A DNA stretch of 63,627 nt, counting the filler, from Octopus bimaculoides (lineage: Eukaryota), in the NCBI RefSeq assembly GCF_001194135.2. It is 5 parts of 4 records of this genome, joined end to end, with 100 filler letters (N's around TTAATTAATTAA, not from the genome) between each part and the next. Parts side by side here need not be neighbours in the genome. Positions count along the whole stretch, not along the records: positions 1 to 28,615 come from NC_068989.1; 4 more parts are not named here. One strand, given 5' to 3'. Each line of letters starts with the position of its first letter. Positions within the stretch are counted from its first letter, which is position 1. Below the pieces are notes generated by a model, which worked only from the letters and a program-made list of their open reading frames with translations, was not told where the DNA came from and ran no database searches. The translations under genes were made by a program, and so were the position numbers. Below, piece by piece: positions 12,611 through 25,252 of the stretch.

Positions 12611-13440
12611 GTGTACGGATGTATGCGCGTGTATGAGGTGTTTTGCGTATTGTGTTACTGTTTAGCATATCGTGACGGCAATCAAACCAATATGTCCGCC
12701 AAATGATATTGAAACGGTGTAGTACTGTTATAGCTTCACACTCTGTCTGTCTCTAATAAATAATGTAATAAATAGTGGATGGAGGAGATGGGAGTTTATT
12801 GGTGACGAGAATAGTTCTGTTCTTGTTGTTATTAGTGGTTGTGGTGATGGCAGTTATGATGGTGTGTGTATTTTAGCCTGGTCTGAGGTTTGATACGGTT
12901 TGGTTAGGTGTGGTGTGATACAGTGTGTTGTGGATATAAGTCTTGCTTCTAGTGTTAGAGGTGGTTCTATTGTTTTATTACATTATATTGTATTACATAT
13001 TGTTTTGTTGTAGTTTGACGCTCTTTATACTCTATATTTGTCATAATTTGTTGGATTTTGTTTTTCTTCCCTTCAATCCATCCATAATTTCTGGACATAT
13101 ATGAGGCGTCATCATTCGTTATTTTCGCATTATAATATAGACTTTTAAAAATATTTTTTCACTGTCTCTTCCTATATATATACTATCTCTCCCCTTCTCC
13201 ATCTGTTTCTTTTAATCACACTCATCGACTATCTATATACCTGCATATTTATACATTAAACTATTTGCATATCTTTTTCTCTGTCTGCCTGTCTGTCTGT
13301 CTGTCTGTCTCTCTCTCCGTATGGACCTCTTTATCTATCAACCTCTTTTTCTCAATTCTCTATCTAAATTCATATACATTTTTCGATCTATTTATCTTCC
13401 TCCCTAGATACACACACACGCACACAAACACGCACGCTCA

Positions 13441-13491
<51 letters not shown>

Positions 13492-13675
13492 CTTTATATT
13501 TATCTCTATAAACATCTATCTATAGTACATAGAATGTATTCCACATAAAGATTCTCATTCTATCATTCTATATATCAATTTACGGACATCGCCTTCAATA
13601 CATAATATATCTTTAATACTAACATACAGGCATCCAGGTTTATCTTTTAAACATATAATACAATATATTAAACCT

Positions 13676-13840
13676 TAAAGTCGGCGAGCTGGCAGAAACG
13701 TTAGCACGCCGGGCGAAATGCTTAGCGGCATTTCGTCTGTCTTTACTTTCTGAGTTTAAATACCGCCGAGTTCGACTTTTCCTTTTATCTTTTGGGGTCA
13801 ATAAATTTAGTACCAGTTGCCGACTAGGGTGGATCTAATC
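13676..13840 (+). mobile_element. SINE head type 4
   Basis: GGCGAGCTGGCAGAAACGTTAG (A-box-like) and GAGTTTAAATACC (B-box-like). Confidence 0.8.
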
Positions 13841-13841
13841 C

Positions 13842-13957
13842 TCTCACATGGTGTTGGTCGGCCCGTGGCTACAGTAGACGAGATTTCCGAAGGTGCTAGG
13901 CAGTGGAACTGAAATTGGGCTCATGTCGTTGAGAAGCAAGCTTCTCACACACAGCTA
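13842..13957 (-). mobile_element. Degenerate SINE head type 3 fragment
   Basis: Similar to the reverse complement of 33171-33290. Confidence 0.55.
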
Positions 13958-14269
13958 CACACAGGCACACACGCACATACACACACGCACACACATGTGC
14001 GTGTGTGAATGTTTGCTTATTTATGTGCGTGTGTGTTTGTGTGTGTGTGTGTTTGTTTCTCTGTGTGTGTGTGTGTGTGTTTCTGTGTGTGTGTGTGTTT
14101 CTGTGTGTGTGTGTGTTTCTGTGTGTGTTTCTGTGTGTGTGTGTGCGTGCGTGTGCATGTAAGCATTATCGATATCACATAATACATGTGTTAGTAAATG
14201 ATATAAAGCTGCGGTATTTCGTCCAGAGGAAACCCCTTTACTGACGTATCCTGTATAAAAACACAGCAG

Positions 14270-15039
14270 TATACATACATACATACATACATACATACAT
14301 GCATACATACATGCGTCAACACATTCATACATAAATATGTACATAAACATATACATATATGCATACTTAAATACATACATACATACATACATACATACAT
14401 ACATANNNNNNNNNNNNNNNNNNNNNNNNNNNNNNNNNNNNNNNNNNNNNNNNNNNNNNNNNNNNNNNNNNNNNNNNNNNNNNNNNNNNNNNNNNNNNNN
14501 NNNNNNNNNNNNNNNNNNNNNNNNNNNNNNNNNNNNNNNNNNNNNNNNNNNNNNNNNNNNNNNNNNNNNNNNNNNNNNNNNNNNNNNNNNNNNNNNNNNN
14601 NNNNNNNNNNNNNNNNNNNNNNNNNNNNNNNNNNNNNNNNNNNNNNNNNNNNNNNNNNNNNNNNNNNNNNNNNNNNNNNNNNNNNNNNNNNNNNNNNNNN
14701 NNNNNNNNNNNNNNNNNNNNNNNNNNNNNNNNNNNNNNNNNNNNNNNNNNNNNNNNNNNNNNNNNNNNNNNNNNNNNNNNNNNNNNNNNNNNNNNNNNNN
14801 NNNNNNNNNNNNNNNNNNNNNNNNNNNNNNNNNNNNNNNNNNNNNNNNNNNNNNNNNNNNNNNNNNNNNNNNNNNNNNNNNNNNNNNNNNNNNNNNNNNN
14901 NNNNNNNNNNNNNNNNNNNNNNNNNNNNNNNNNNNNNNNNNNNNNNNTACATACATACATATATATATACATATATACATACATACATACATATATACAT
15001 ACATACATACGTACATACATAAATACATACATGCATACA

Positions 15040-15073
<34 letters not shown>

Positions 15074-15263
15074 CATACATACATATATACATACATAAAT
15101 ACATACATACATATATACATACATACATACATACATACATACATACATACATACATACATACATAAATACATACATACATATATACATACATACATACAT
15201 ACATATATACATACATATATACATACATACATACATACATATATACATACATACATACATACA

Positions 15264-15297
<34 letters not shown>

Positions 15298-15308
15298 CAT
15301 ACATACAT
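14270..15308. repeat. (TACA)n microsatellite spanning a gap
   Basis: Direct reading. Confidence 0.97.
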
Positions 15309-16589
15309 TGAGGTATATTTTTCGGTTGTAAAGTGACAATAGGCGACTGAATGGCCGAATGCTTTGGGCATTGCCATTTCTCATTAACTTATGTGCAAAG
15401 TACGAAGCTTACGTTCCTTTAATCTTATAACTAACTTTACTGATGAATGAATATATATGTTAGTAGCTGTAGTAGTGGTAGTGATATAGTAATGGTGAAT
15501 CTGTGATGGTGGTGGTAGTCATGAAGTTTGTGTGAGTGGTATAGTTGCTACTGTTGTTGCTGTTAATAGTGTTGGCGATGGTTGTCACGGTAGTAGCGCT
15601 GTTTCAGTTGTTCCTTAATTGCAACTCAGTCCTCGTCAAATAGTCCAATGAACAATGCCACTCCTAGCATGACCCACCTGTTTACTTCTTCTTATATGCA
15701 GAGAACCCAAACTCACATTGTCGAATGTGTTCTTTTCTAAGACGATTGGGTGTGATTTGAGGGAGTTTCCTGCTACCATTTCCAACCAGTTCTGTGACCA
15801 CAAATAACCTCCTCTGTTAGATCACTTCATGGAGATTTGTGAATATGATGTTTGAAATATAAACCGTTCGGCTATTGTAAAGATAAATGGCTATTTTTGT
15901 TTATGCACTATAATAGCTTGTGTTAGACTGGACAATGGTAAATTTTGTGTTCTTGAAATAACATCTACTTCCATCATTGAAAGTGGAAAGAGTGAAAAAC
16001 TATTTCAACAGATTCTGGTGTTAGGAATTTATTAATAATGCTTTCATAATAACCTGCATATGAATTATGGCGGTGTGATTTTAATAGATTCCGTATGTTC
16101 AGTATGAAATCGGTCAAATCTGTCTCGTTCGTTTGTTAATGCTATGGTAATGACTGGCTGTGGTTTACTCTGCATTATAGCAGGCATGTCTTTGTAAAAT
16201 GAAGAAAGAAGATAATGGTATAATGGTCGGTGAATGTTGATGAAGATTGCTAAGGGTCGGTGTTGGTTGGGATGTTACTGATACAGGAAGTGATGGTGTT
16301 AGCGATTTTATTTTCGCTAATGGTATGATGGTGGTGAGGATGTTGGTTACGATGTTGTAGGCGATGGCGTATTGGTTAAGGATACTATTGCACAAGTAAG
16401 ATATGGGGGTGGAGTCTGGTAATTTTTATATAGTGTACTCTCTCTCTGCTGTTTAGTGTAATATTCTGTACATCAGCAGGTACTTTCACTCGCGATGAAT
16501 AGTTACGGTGTGTAGTGTAACCGTTTGAACATAATTCTCACTACCACTGTACAACAATAGATGCAGTTCAGGTTGCCGCGGATAAATTA

Positions 16590-16700
16590 CTTATTTTTTG
16601 CCAGCTGAGTGAACTTCAGTAACGTGAAATAAAGTGCTCAAGAACACAACACATCACCTGGTTGAGAGATCAAAATCACAAATTTACAATATGTGCAACA
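16590..16700 (-). mobile_element. SINE head type 2 fragment
   Basis: CAGCTGAGTGAAC..AACGTGAAATAAAGTG..CAAGAACACAAC shared with 25130-25185. Confidence 0.6.
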
Positions 16701-16782
16701 CTCTAATTAGTTAGATACACACCTACACACATATACACATACACACATTTATATGTTTGTGTTTATATTCATTCATATATGT

Positions 16783-17015
16783 TAAACATGGAGGAGAATT
16801 TGTGATTATCTGGGGTGGGCTGGGGGATATATCTTTGAAATCCACCGGCCCAGTGGTTTCCCTTCATGGCAGAATTGATAGTTAAGACTATTTAAGCATT
16901 TTATATGATCAAATTCATGCTATGGTTGCAGAACTGTTTTTGGAGGGAAACGCAATCTTTCAGGATGGTAATACACCAATTCACACAGCTAAAGTTGTTA
17001 TTGAATGGCACGAGG
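16783..17015 (+). pseudogene. Tc1-family transposase DDE fragment
   Basis: KHGGEFVIIWG...LHGRIDS*DYLSIL...AIFQDGNTPIHTAKVVIEW matches Tc1 KHGGGSVMVWG and FQQDNAPIHTA motifs. Confidence 0.8.
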
Positions 17016-18425
17016 AAAACCACGAAAAAGCTGATTGTGATAGAATTGAAGAAGGAAAACATTGATAAACATGAGAGGAGTGCATGTAGTGGACATAGCA
17101 CGTCAATACGACCGAAGCACATCGACGATTTGCACCATCCTGAAGAAAAAGGACGAGATCAAGGCCGTTACAACAACAAAGGGTGTGACCAGGCGCACTA
17201 AGCAACGCATGTCTGTCCACGAAAAGGATGGAAAAATTACTTCCCTTGTGGATCAACGAGAAGCAACTCGCAGGGGATAAGATTACGGAGACCATCATCT
17301 GTGAGAAAGCATGAGCGCTGTATAGGCATTACCTGAAGCAGAACCCTGGAACATCGACGGAGGAGACATCAGCAGACGCATTTAAGGCCAGTTGCAGCTG
17401 GTTTGATAATTTCAAGAAGGGGACTAGTGTTCATAGCATCATCAGGTATAGAGAAGTGGTGAGTTCTGACACGAAGGCAGCTGAAGATTTCGTGCCTGAA
17501 TTCCGTCAGCTCATCGCAGCCAAGGGGTACATCGCACAACCGGTATTCAACTGTGATGAAACTGACGTTTTTTTTTTTCGAAAAAATGCCGAGAAGAACC
17601 TACATAATTACAGAGGAGAAGAAAATGCCAGGTCATAAGACCATGAAAGATAGGCTAACTCTCGGCCAATGCGAGTCGGGACTTGAAGATTAAGCTGCTC
17701 TTTGTTTACCATTCCGAAGACCCACGAGCGTTCAAGTCGCACAAAATCCTGAAGGAGAAGCTGCAGGTGATGTGGAGGGCAAACGTTAAAGCCTGCGTCA
17801 CCAGGTAATTCTTCTCCGAGTGGACCAACCTTTTCTTCGGACCAGTAGTGAAAAAGTACCTTCTGGAGAACAATCTTCCTCTCAAGGCCCTCCTCATCCC
17901 CGGCAATGCTCCTGCTCACCCTCTTAACCTCGAAGATGATGTCCTGGCCGAATTTAAATTTATAAATGTTCTGTACCTTTCACACAACATCGCCCCTATC
18001 TTACAGCCCATGGGCCAACAGATGATTCATAATTTTAAGAAATTGTACACCAAATACCTGTTTCGTGGGTGCTTTGAAGTCACCAAAAATACAAATGTAA
18101 CCCTTCGTGAGTTTCGGAAGGAGCACTACAACATTGTAAACTAACTGAAAATCATCGATATGGCCTGGCAGGGTGTAATGAGGAGAACGCTGAATTCTGC
18201 ATAGAAGAAGCTGTGACCTGGCTGCGTATCTGAAAGAGACTTCGAGGGGTTTGAGTTTGAGACACCTATAGTCGAGGAGATAATATCTCTTGGCAAGTCC
18301 ATGGGCAACGAGGTTGATGATGGGTATATTAACGATTTCGTCGAGGAACACTCAGAAGAAGTGATGACAGATGAACTCCTGCAGCTTCATGAGCAGCAGT
18401 ATTTTGGATGCAGTGGAGGACAGTG
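17015..18425 (+). pseudogene. Tigger/pogo transposase relic (CENP-B-type HTH + DDE_1)
   Basis: DIARQYDRSTSTICTILKKKDEI; FKAS..WFDNFK; VFNCDETD; LKALLIPGNAPAHP; PILQPMGQQMIHNFKKLY; many stops and frameshifts. Confidence 0.9.
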
Positions 18426-18429
18426 TAGC

Positions 18430-19760
18430 AGAGAATGCTAAAGTTCAGGAGCAAATACATCACAGGCTCGGTTCTCTTCAGCCAATCGAGACTGCCTCGC
18501 CTCAGTTTCTACAACTTTTCTTCGTTGGCGACGGCGCAGACTAGGCTGCAAGACGGCAGTCCTTCTTACTTGGTACCGACCGAGCCTTAATACATCAGCT
18601 CCAGGAGTTGATTCACGAAACAAATAACTATGTTCGCAGTTTAAATATGCCTTAGAAATAGCTTACACTCCAGAGTTCACGTTAGTTATCAATGCGGACC
18701 ATAGGCCTTCTGGGAAAATTTCTGCCACTATAACGAGCCCTCATGTAATGAGGTTGCGGTGCTTATTCGAGGTGAACAACACCAAAATAGGGACATAGTC
18801 TTGCGCCGCTGAGACGATGCACTCCCATGAATTTGCGAAACACATAGGTTCTACGACGCACTTCAGTATCCCCTACTTCATACTCATGGAGAAGACGGTT
18901 TTCACTTAAACATTCCCCAACAAAACTTATCAGAGGCAGGTTCTTTTGGCCGTAAATCAGTTCGTGTATGGCTTACTATGTCTATCGGTACAAGATTATG
19001 GACAGCAGTTTGAATTACCTACACCTTTCTCGCGACCTTTTCCCACAACATGCCGTAGACAATGCTGTTAAGATTGAGTCTCAGCGCTTACAATCCATAC
19101 GGTTCAATCAGGCTAAGCTACGGGCTAAAAATACATCCATCTCAGAGATAGAATCAATAACGATGTTGCCCTTGGAAGGATAGGCCAATTGTGCATACTT
19201 CCGTCTTCCTTTACTGGTAGTCCTCGATATATGCACGAACGTACGCAGGACGCCATGATTTACGTTCGGCACTACAGTGGGCCCGACCTTTTCATTAACT
19301 TCAGTTGTAATGCCAGGTGGAATGAAATACAAGTGAGTCTTCTGCCCGGTCAACAAACCGATGATAGGCTTGATGCCATTGCGAGAGTTTTTAGACTTAA
19401 ACTACTTAAATTCAAGGACCTCCTCACCAATGGCCAAATATTTGGCCATATTAAAAGCTTCATGTTCACTGTTGAGTAGCAAAAGAGGGGCATACCTCAG
19501 GTACACACACTTCCATGGTTAAGTCAGAAGATGAATGCAAATAACATAGACAGGCTAATTCCCGCTGAAATATTTAATCCGGGCGTTGATAGTGAACTCC
19601 ATCATAGCCATTGTGGGCCTGCCTACATAAGGAAAGATTGCTTGATAAATGGTGTATGAGATTGAAAACAAGACTTTAGCTTTAGGTGGTGACGTAATGA
19701 CCACTTACAGGCTTACCTCGCTGCAAGGTCGACCTCAAATGATCTCTCTTCTGAGATTGT
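18430..19760 (+). pseudogene. Helitron Rep/helicase relic (N-terminal and Rep domain, plus a small downstream piece)
   Basis: IHHRLGSLQP; YDALQYPLL; LPSSFTGSPRYMHERTQDAMIYVRHYSGPDLFINFSCN (Rep motif 1); TVE*QKRGIPQVH (motif 2). Confidence 0.92.
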
Positions 19761-19868
19761 TCGGGAAACATCTTACATTACTGAACTATCCGCATGTGTA
19801 CAGATCAATGAGGCATTCCTGCTACCTGAGTGTGAATTTGACCTGTGGAAGTCTGTTTACTTATGAAC

Positions 19869-19962
19869 TTTGGACGTACTTGTGTACTTGTGTGTTTTTA
19901 AATTTGGACGTATTTGTGTGTTTTTAAATTTGGACGTACTTGTGTACTTGTGTGTTTAAAAA
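19869..19962. repeat. Short tandem repeat TTGGACGTACTTGTGTACTTGTGTGTTTTTAAAT (3 imperfect copies)
   Basis: Direct reading; lies downstream of the Helitron relic. Confidence 0.85.
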
Positions 19963-20344
19963 TTTTCTTTTAATTATTTTAATCGTCTGATAAAAGTTTT
20001 TTACTTGGCAGACATTTATTTTCTTTTCTTTTATTTTTATCTTTATTTTATGTTTGTCTATTAGGTTTTTTGGTAGTTTATGAATTTTTAGTCGTGTATA
20101 TTTAACTTTTTGATAGGCCGTTCTATTTGTATTTTATTCGATTATATTTTTACCTTCCGTGATTTTATGCATATGTATTATATTTTTATGTGTTTGAAAA
20201 CTATGGTGATTTTTATATATGTTTAAATGTTCGAGGGGGTGGTGCTGTATGTAAAATCGTTGACCTAAATTCAATGTTTGTTCTATAACCAATGCTTCTT
20301 TATATATATATATATATATACATATATATTTATATAAAGGGCAT

Positions 20345-20600
20345 TATTACAGAAAAATAATAACGCCACACAGTGGACTTCTCAAAATAACCACATTTAG
20401 TACCTACTGCGAGGAAAAACAACCAACAGAAGACGACCAACTTTCTTTTAAATAAACTTAACTGTGTATCGACCGATTTCGCGATTACTAGAATGAATCT
20501 AGATTTCGTTCATCAGCAAGGATTGTCCCAAAAATATATATAAATAAACAGAATTCTCACCTCACCAAAAACGAACACACTACGTATCCGACAGAGTAAA
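20345..20600 (-). mobile_element. Penelope pLTR-like relic with hammerhead-like motif at 20462-20520
   Basis: Reverse strand CTGATGA-ACG..CTAGA/TCTAG..CGC-GAAA-TCGGTCGA-TA in T-rich flanks. Confidence 0.4.
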
Positions 20601-21019
20601 GGGAATGAAGTTTATCTGTATATACATATATATATGTATTAGAATAAGAAATAGAAAGTTTCTGGTGTGGAATTATATATTTGAAAAGAAAAATGAATAG
20701 AAATGACTTTTCTGATAATTTTCCACTTTAATAATTAGTTGTTTATCAGTTATTAAATGTTTACAAAAGGTAACTCTGATAAAACCTTCTTGCTTAAAAG
20801 CAGTTTTCAACCCGATATTTTAGAGTTTGTTATTCAGTGTTTAAATACGGAGTGTTTAATTACAAACATAAAACACCAACACGCACACACACCAACAAAC
20901 ACTAATACACACATACACATATGCATACGTACACACACACACCGTCAGAGAAACACAAACACAGATATACATGTATTCAGTGACATAAAATCATACATAT
21001 ATACTTACACACATAAATA

Positions 21020-21071
<52 letters not shown>

Positions 21072-21259
21072 NNNNNNNNNNNNNNNNNNNNNNNNNNNNN
21101 NNNNNNNNNNNNNNNNNNNNNNNNNNNNNNNNNNNNCTGTAGCTTGTAGCTCCAGGAGGACACCTCCTCCAGCTAGCTGACACACTTTCTGTGCCCTATC
21201 TGTACTATCTGTATTTGCAAAGGGAAGCCATCCTTCCCATCTCCAACCTGACATGATAC

Positions 21260-21965
21260 ACACGGACCCGAGTTTCTTCCTTAGATCTCTATTTAATTTT
21301 TAAAATGCGATGAAGGCATTTTTGGTGGAATTGTTCTAACAGTTTATAATTCTTTTCATAACAAGTCCAAGATTCACAGGAATACAACAGGGATGGGTTA
21401 CAAACAGTACCACACGCAGGTTGATGCATTACAACTGTTTTTTTTTTTCAAGTTGATGGTCAAGCCAAAATCATCACAAGCCGAGTCAAATGCAAATACA
21501 AGAGATTGCAAATCTGTTTCAGAATGACTGACAAGATCGCAATCGTCAGCATACAAAAGTTCCCTAATGAGTGAAGTAAAAACCTTCGTTTTGAATTTCT
21601 GTCTGGTCAGATTAAAGACATTCTCTGTTGTTCGATATTTTGTGTAAATACCTTCCTCAGAGTTTTGAAAAGCATGCGACGACACAACAGCAAAGTATAT
21701 TCCAAAGAGGGTGCATCAAGGTCTCCTTGCTTTACTCCATATTTCACAGCAAAAGATTCAGAGAGCCTACCACCAAAATTAACTCTAGTTTTCGTATCTT
21801 GATGCAAAGCCCTGACTATATTTACAAAGGTTTCTGGGCAATCTATTTTCCTTAGAATTAGCCACAGAGCATTTAGATTAACAGTATCGAATGCTTTGCT
21901 CAAATCAACAAAGCAATGGTATAGAACAAGATTCTGTTCTTGTAATTGTCTGACAGTAAAGATAC
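21260..21965 (-). pseudogene. RTE-clade LINE reverse transcriptase relic with internal deletions
   Basis: FTVRQLQEQNLVLYHCFVDLSKAFDTV; GVKQGD; RELLYADD; SLLYSCESWTCY..LEQFHQKCLHRILKIK. Confidence 0.92.
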
Positions 21966-21980
21966 AATCAGCTGTATGTA

Positions 21981-22018
<38 letters not shown>

Positions 22019-22744
22019 NNNNNNNNNNNNNNNNNNNNNNNNNNNNNNNNNNNNNNNNNNNNNNNNNNNNNNNNNNNNNNNNNNNNNNNNNNNNNNNNNN
22101 NNNNNNNNNNNNNNNNNNACAAGTATGAGCGCGAAGCTGTTTTGGGAAAGAAACAAACTTTAGGTTAATTCAGTTATGCGTGTGACATATTTTAATTTCT
22201 AAAGGCAATTTCACTGTAGATTTTATCGTGAAGAAACAACATCCTCGCTAATAGTAGAAAGTGTACATATACCATTATTATCTCAGTGGTGCTCTATCTC
22301 GAGTCCTAGCTGCAATTCTGACTTGTTATGCCGTCCTTATTCCTTGGTTTAATGATAAATAAATCAATACTAGAGACTGATTTGCGCTTGCGGTCTTCCG
22401 GTCTGAACAAATACATAAGTAGTAGCACGGAGCACCAAGGGAAAATATAACAAACTTTAGGCTAATTGAAATATCATTGTGACCCATTTTAACCAGTAAT
22501 GGCAATTTCACTACAATTTAGCGTCATTGTTCCGACTAGGTGGTCTGCAAGCGCAGCACAACGAGCCATAAATGCATCTAGATATTTAATAGAAGATGCT
22601 ACTGAACTGATAATAAGTATTTACATTTATCATCATAAGCAAGAATATTTTCCTCCATGCTAAACTACACTGAAATTGAGTCTAAAGGTTAAAATATCTA
22701 TACACATATATCCATGGTGGTTATCTACTCCTTATACAGAGTTT

Positions 22745-22842
22745 GACCAGACCTACCTACCTACCTACCTACCTACCTACCTACCTACCTACCTACCTAC
22801 CTTCCTACATACATACATACATACATACATACATACATACAT
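22745..22842. repeat. (CCTA)n-(CATA)n microsatellite
   Basis: Direct reading. Confidence 0.95.
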
Positions 22843-22844
22843 TC

Positions 22845-24450
22845 ATTGATGAAATGAGTTCAAACGCAGCCACAAGCCCTGATGGATTCTTAGCAATATT
22901 CCTAAAGAAATGCAAAGGGGCTCTAAGCAAGACCACATCAGATTCTCTTCCAGAGCTTCCTTACAACTGGAAGACTTCCTTAAAAGTTAAAGGAAGGCAC
23001 AATATGTACTATCCACAAGGGAGGTAGCAGAACAGATGTTAAAAACTATAGACCTGTGTCTCTAATCTCCCATGTCAGCAACTCATGGAACGCATTGTCA
23101 GGCAAAAACTAGTCGGGTTCCTTTAGAATAATGACTTGTTTTCTGACACCCAGCATGGCTTCCGCTCAAGAAGCAAACTGCCCAACATAGCTTTTGCTGC
23201 TCTATGACTGAGTGTTGAAGCAATTAATAAATCGTTCAAAAGTGGATGTGCTATATCACGACTTTGCAAAAGCCTTTGATAAGGTTGATCGTGGGATGAT
23301 ATGTCACAAGCTACGGAGACTCGGCGTATCAAGGAAACTCGGATAGTGATTGCAGGACTTCTTAAAAGACAGAAACCAGGCTGTGACAGTCAATGGCGTC
23401 CTCTCCAAGGGGACAGTAATAGAGGAAGTGCCTCGGGGAACTGTATTGGAGCCGCTGCTGTTCATAATGGCTCTTTCAGACATGTCATCAGTTACACAGA
23501 CACCCACACTTACTAACTATGCCGACGACACAAAAGTAATACAAGCAGTTAAGGAAACTTCTAATGCTAATCCTCTACAGAAAGACCGAGATGCCATGTA
23601 TAAATGGGCTGAGGAATACAACATGCAATATAATGCCCTCTCCTACCAGCTAATTAGCGCTCAGAGCCCACAACAAAGATACTTTGGATCAAAAGGAGCG
23701 GCAATCCCCAAACCACAGACGGTGCGTGATCTCGGGATTGATATGAGCAACAATGCCTCGTTTAACATGCATAACACCAGGGTGGTGGCAATGTGCAAAC
23801 GAATGGCCCGATGGATTCTGAGAACCTTCAGGACCAGGAAACTATGCTGGTCCTATGGAGGACTTTGTACTCAGCCGTATGGACTTCTGCTTTCAACTGT
23901 GGTCAAATTAATATCGGAACTTGAGGCAGTTCAGTGCTGTTACAAAAGGAAGATTGCAACAATGGAATAGCTGAGCTACTGGGAGAAATTGAAAGAGCTA
24001 CGACTCTACTTCCTGCAGCGAAGACGAGCAAGATATGTAGCAATATATGTACGAAAGATACTGGAGAGGCTGGCATCAAACTTTGGAGTTGAGAGTTATA
24101 CAAGACACCGAACTTGGACGTCATTGTAGTGTTCCAAAGTGCCCAGCAGCACCATCTAGAGTGAGGACCATGCACTGCAATAGCTTGGGGTTCAAGGACC
24201 CACAGTTATTCAACGCTTTGCCAAAACATCTGAGGGATGTTCATGAAGTGGGGGTAGATGTTTTCAAGAACAACTTGACTTCTTGCTATCCATGGCCTCA
24301 GAGGAACCAATACCAAGGCAGGAGACTCAGAAGAGGGCACAGAATCGAATTCCCCCTTCACCAAAAGCCAATCTCATAACATTGATAATTGAAAAGGTGA
24401 TTACACTGGCGCTGCTCCAACATGGCCACAGACTTAGCGCTGAAATATAT
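22845..24450 (+). pseudogene. 5'-truncated CR1-group LINE (RT domain and 3' end)
   Basis: SPDG; NYRPVSL; QHGFR; DFAKAFDKVD; VPRGTVLEPLLF; YADDTK; RDLGI; NSLGFKDPQLFNALPKHLR; frameshifted. Confidence 0.9.
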
Positions 24451-24814
24451 GAAAGATTACATGCATGATACATACATACATACGTATATACATGCATGCA
24501 CACATAGCTTTAAGTATACACATACACGTGTGTGTGTATGTCTATGTATACATTTGACCGAGTGTCTGCATTTATATGCGCGTGTTTGTATGTACACATC
24601 ATGCACGCAAACACACACAAATATGTATTAATCACACACACCCACACACAAGGTCGCACGCTATTTAATTCAAGGAGTGCAATTAACAAAAGTGTTAATT
24701 AATTCATATCAGTAGATGTGTTATTGATTTGTAAATATGTGTTACAGTCCTCACTAGGAGGCTCATTATAGGTTTTTATTGAGCTCCAATTAGCCTATAA
24801 TTCAAATGGATGTT

Positions 24815-24925
24815 AGTTTAACATGTATGCAAAGTTTCGTCAAGATTGGTTCACTGGTGTAGGCAGCAAGATGGTAACAGACAGATACAGAGCACATAGA
24901 CAGTCAGAAATTGCCATTTAAGTAT
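24815..24925 (+). mobile_element. Possible non-autonomous Helitron/Helentron fragment
   Basis: ATGTATGCAAAGTTTCGTCAAGATTGGTTCACTGGT followed by ACAGACAGA resembles such elements; recognition only. Confidence 0.25.
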
Positions 24926-25252
24926 GCTGAGACCCCCTTCGGTCATGACTGACCATGGGATTGCATCTAGAAAGTTACCCTCCCAGGCACAAATCCGGGC
25001 AAGGTTGTTTATGGAAGACCAGCAGTTGGCCATGCTTACCAGCCTCCCCTCTCCACGCCAGCGATGTTATCCAAGGGAAAGGTAAAGGCCAATACAGCTT
25101 GGCATCAGTGACGTCATAACTCATTTCTGCAGCTGAGTGAACTGGAGCAACGTGAAATAAAGTGTCTTGTTCAAGAACACAACACGCAGCCCGGTCCGGG
25201 ATTCAAACTTACAACCTCCCGACGCTCTAACCAATGAGCCATGCGCCTTCAC
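24925..25252 (-). mobile_element. SINE head type 2 + tail Y
   Basis: Reverse strand GAAGGCGCATGGCTCATTGGTTAGAGCG..GTTTGAATCCC, then GTTGTGTTCTTGAACAAGACACTTT. Confidence 0.85.

Noticed and set aside
20290-20350. Small inverted repeat AATGCTTCTTT/AAAGGGCATT around (TA)n
   Set aside because: Short and imperfect; expected by chance beside self-complementary (TA)n.
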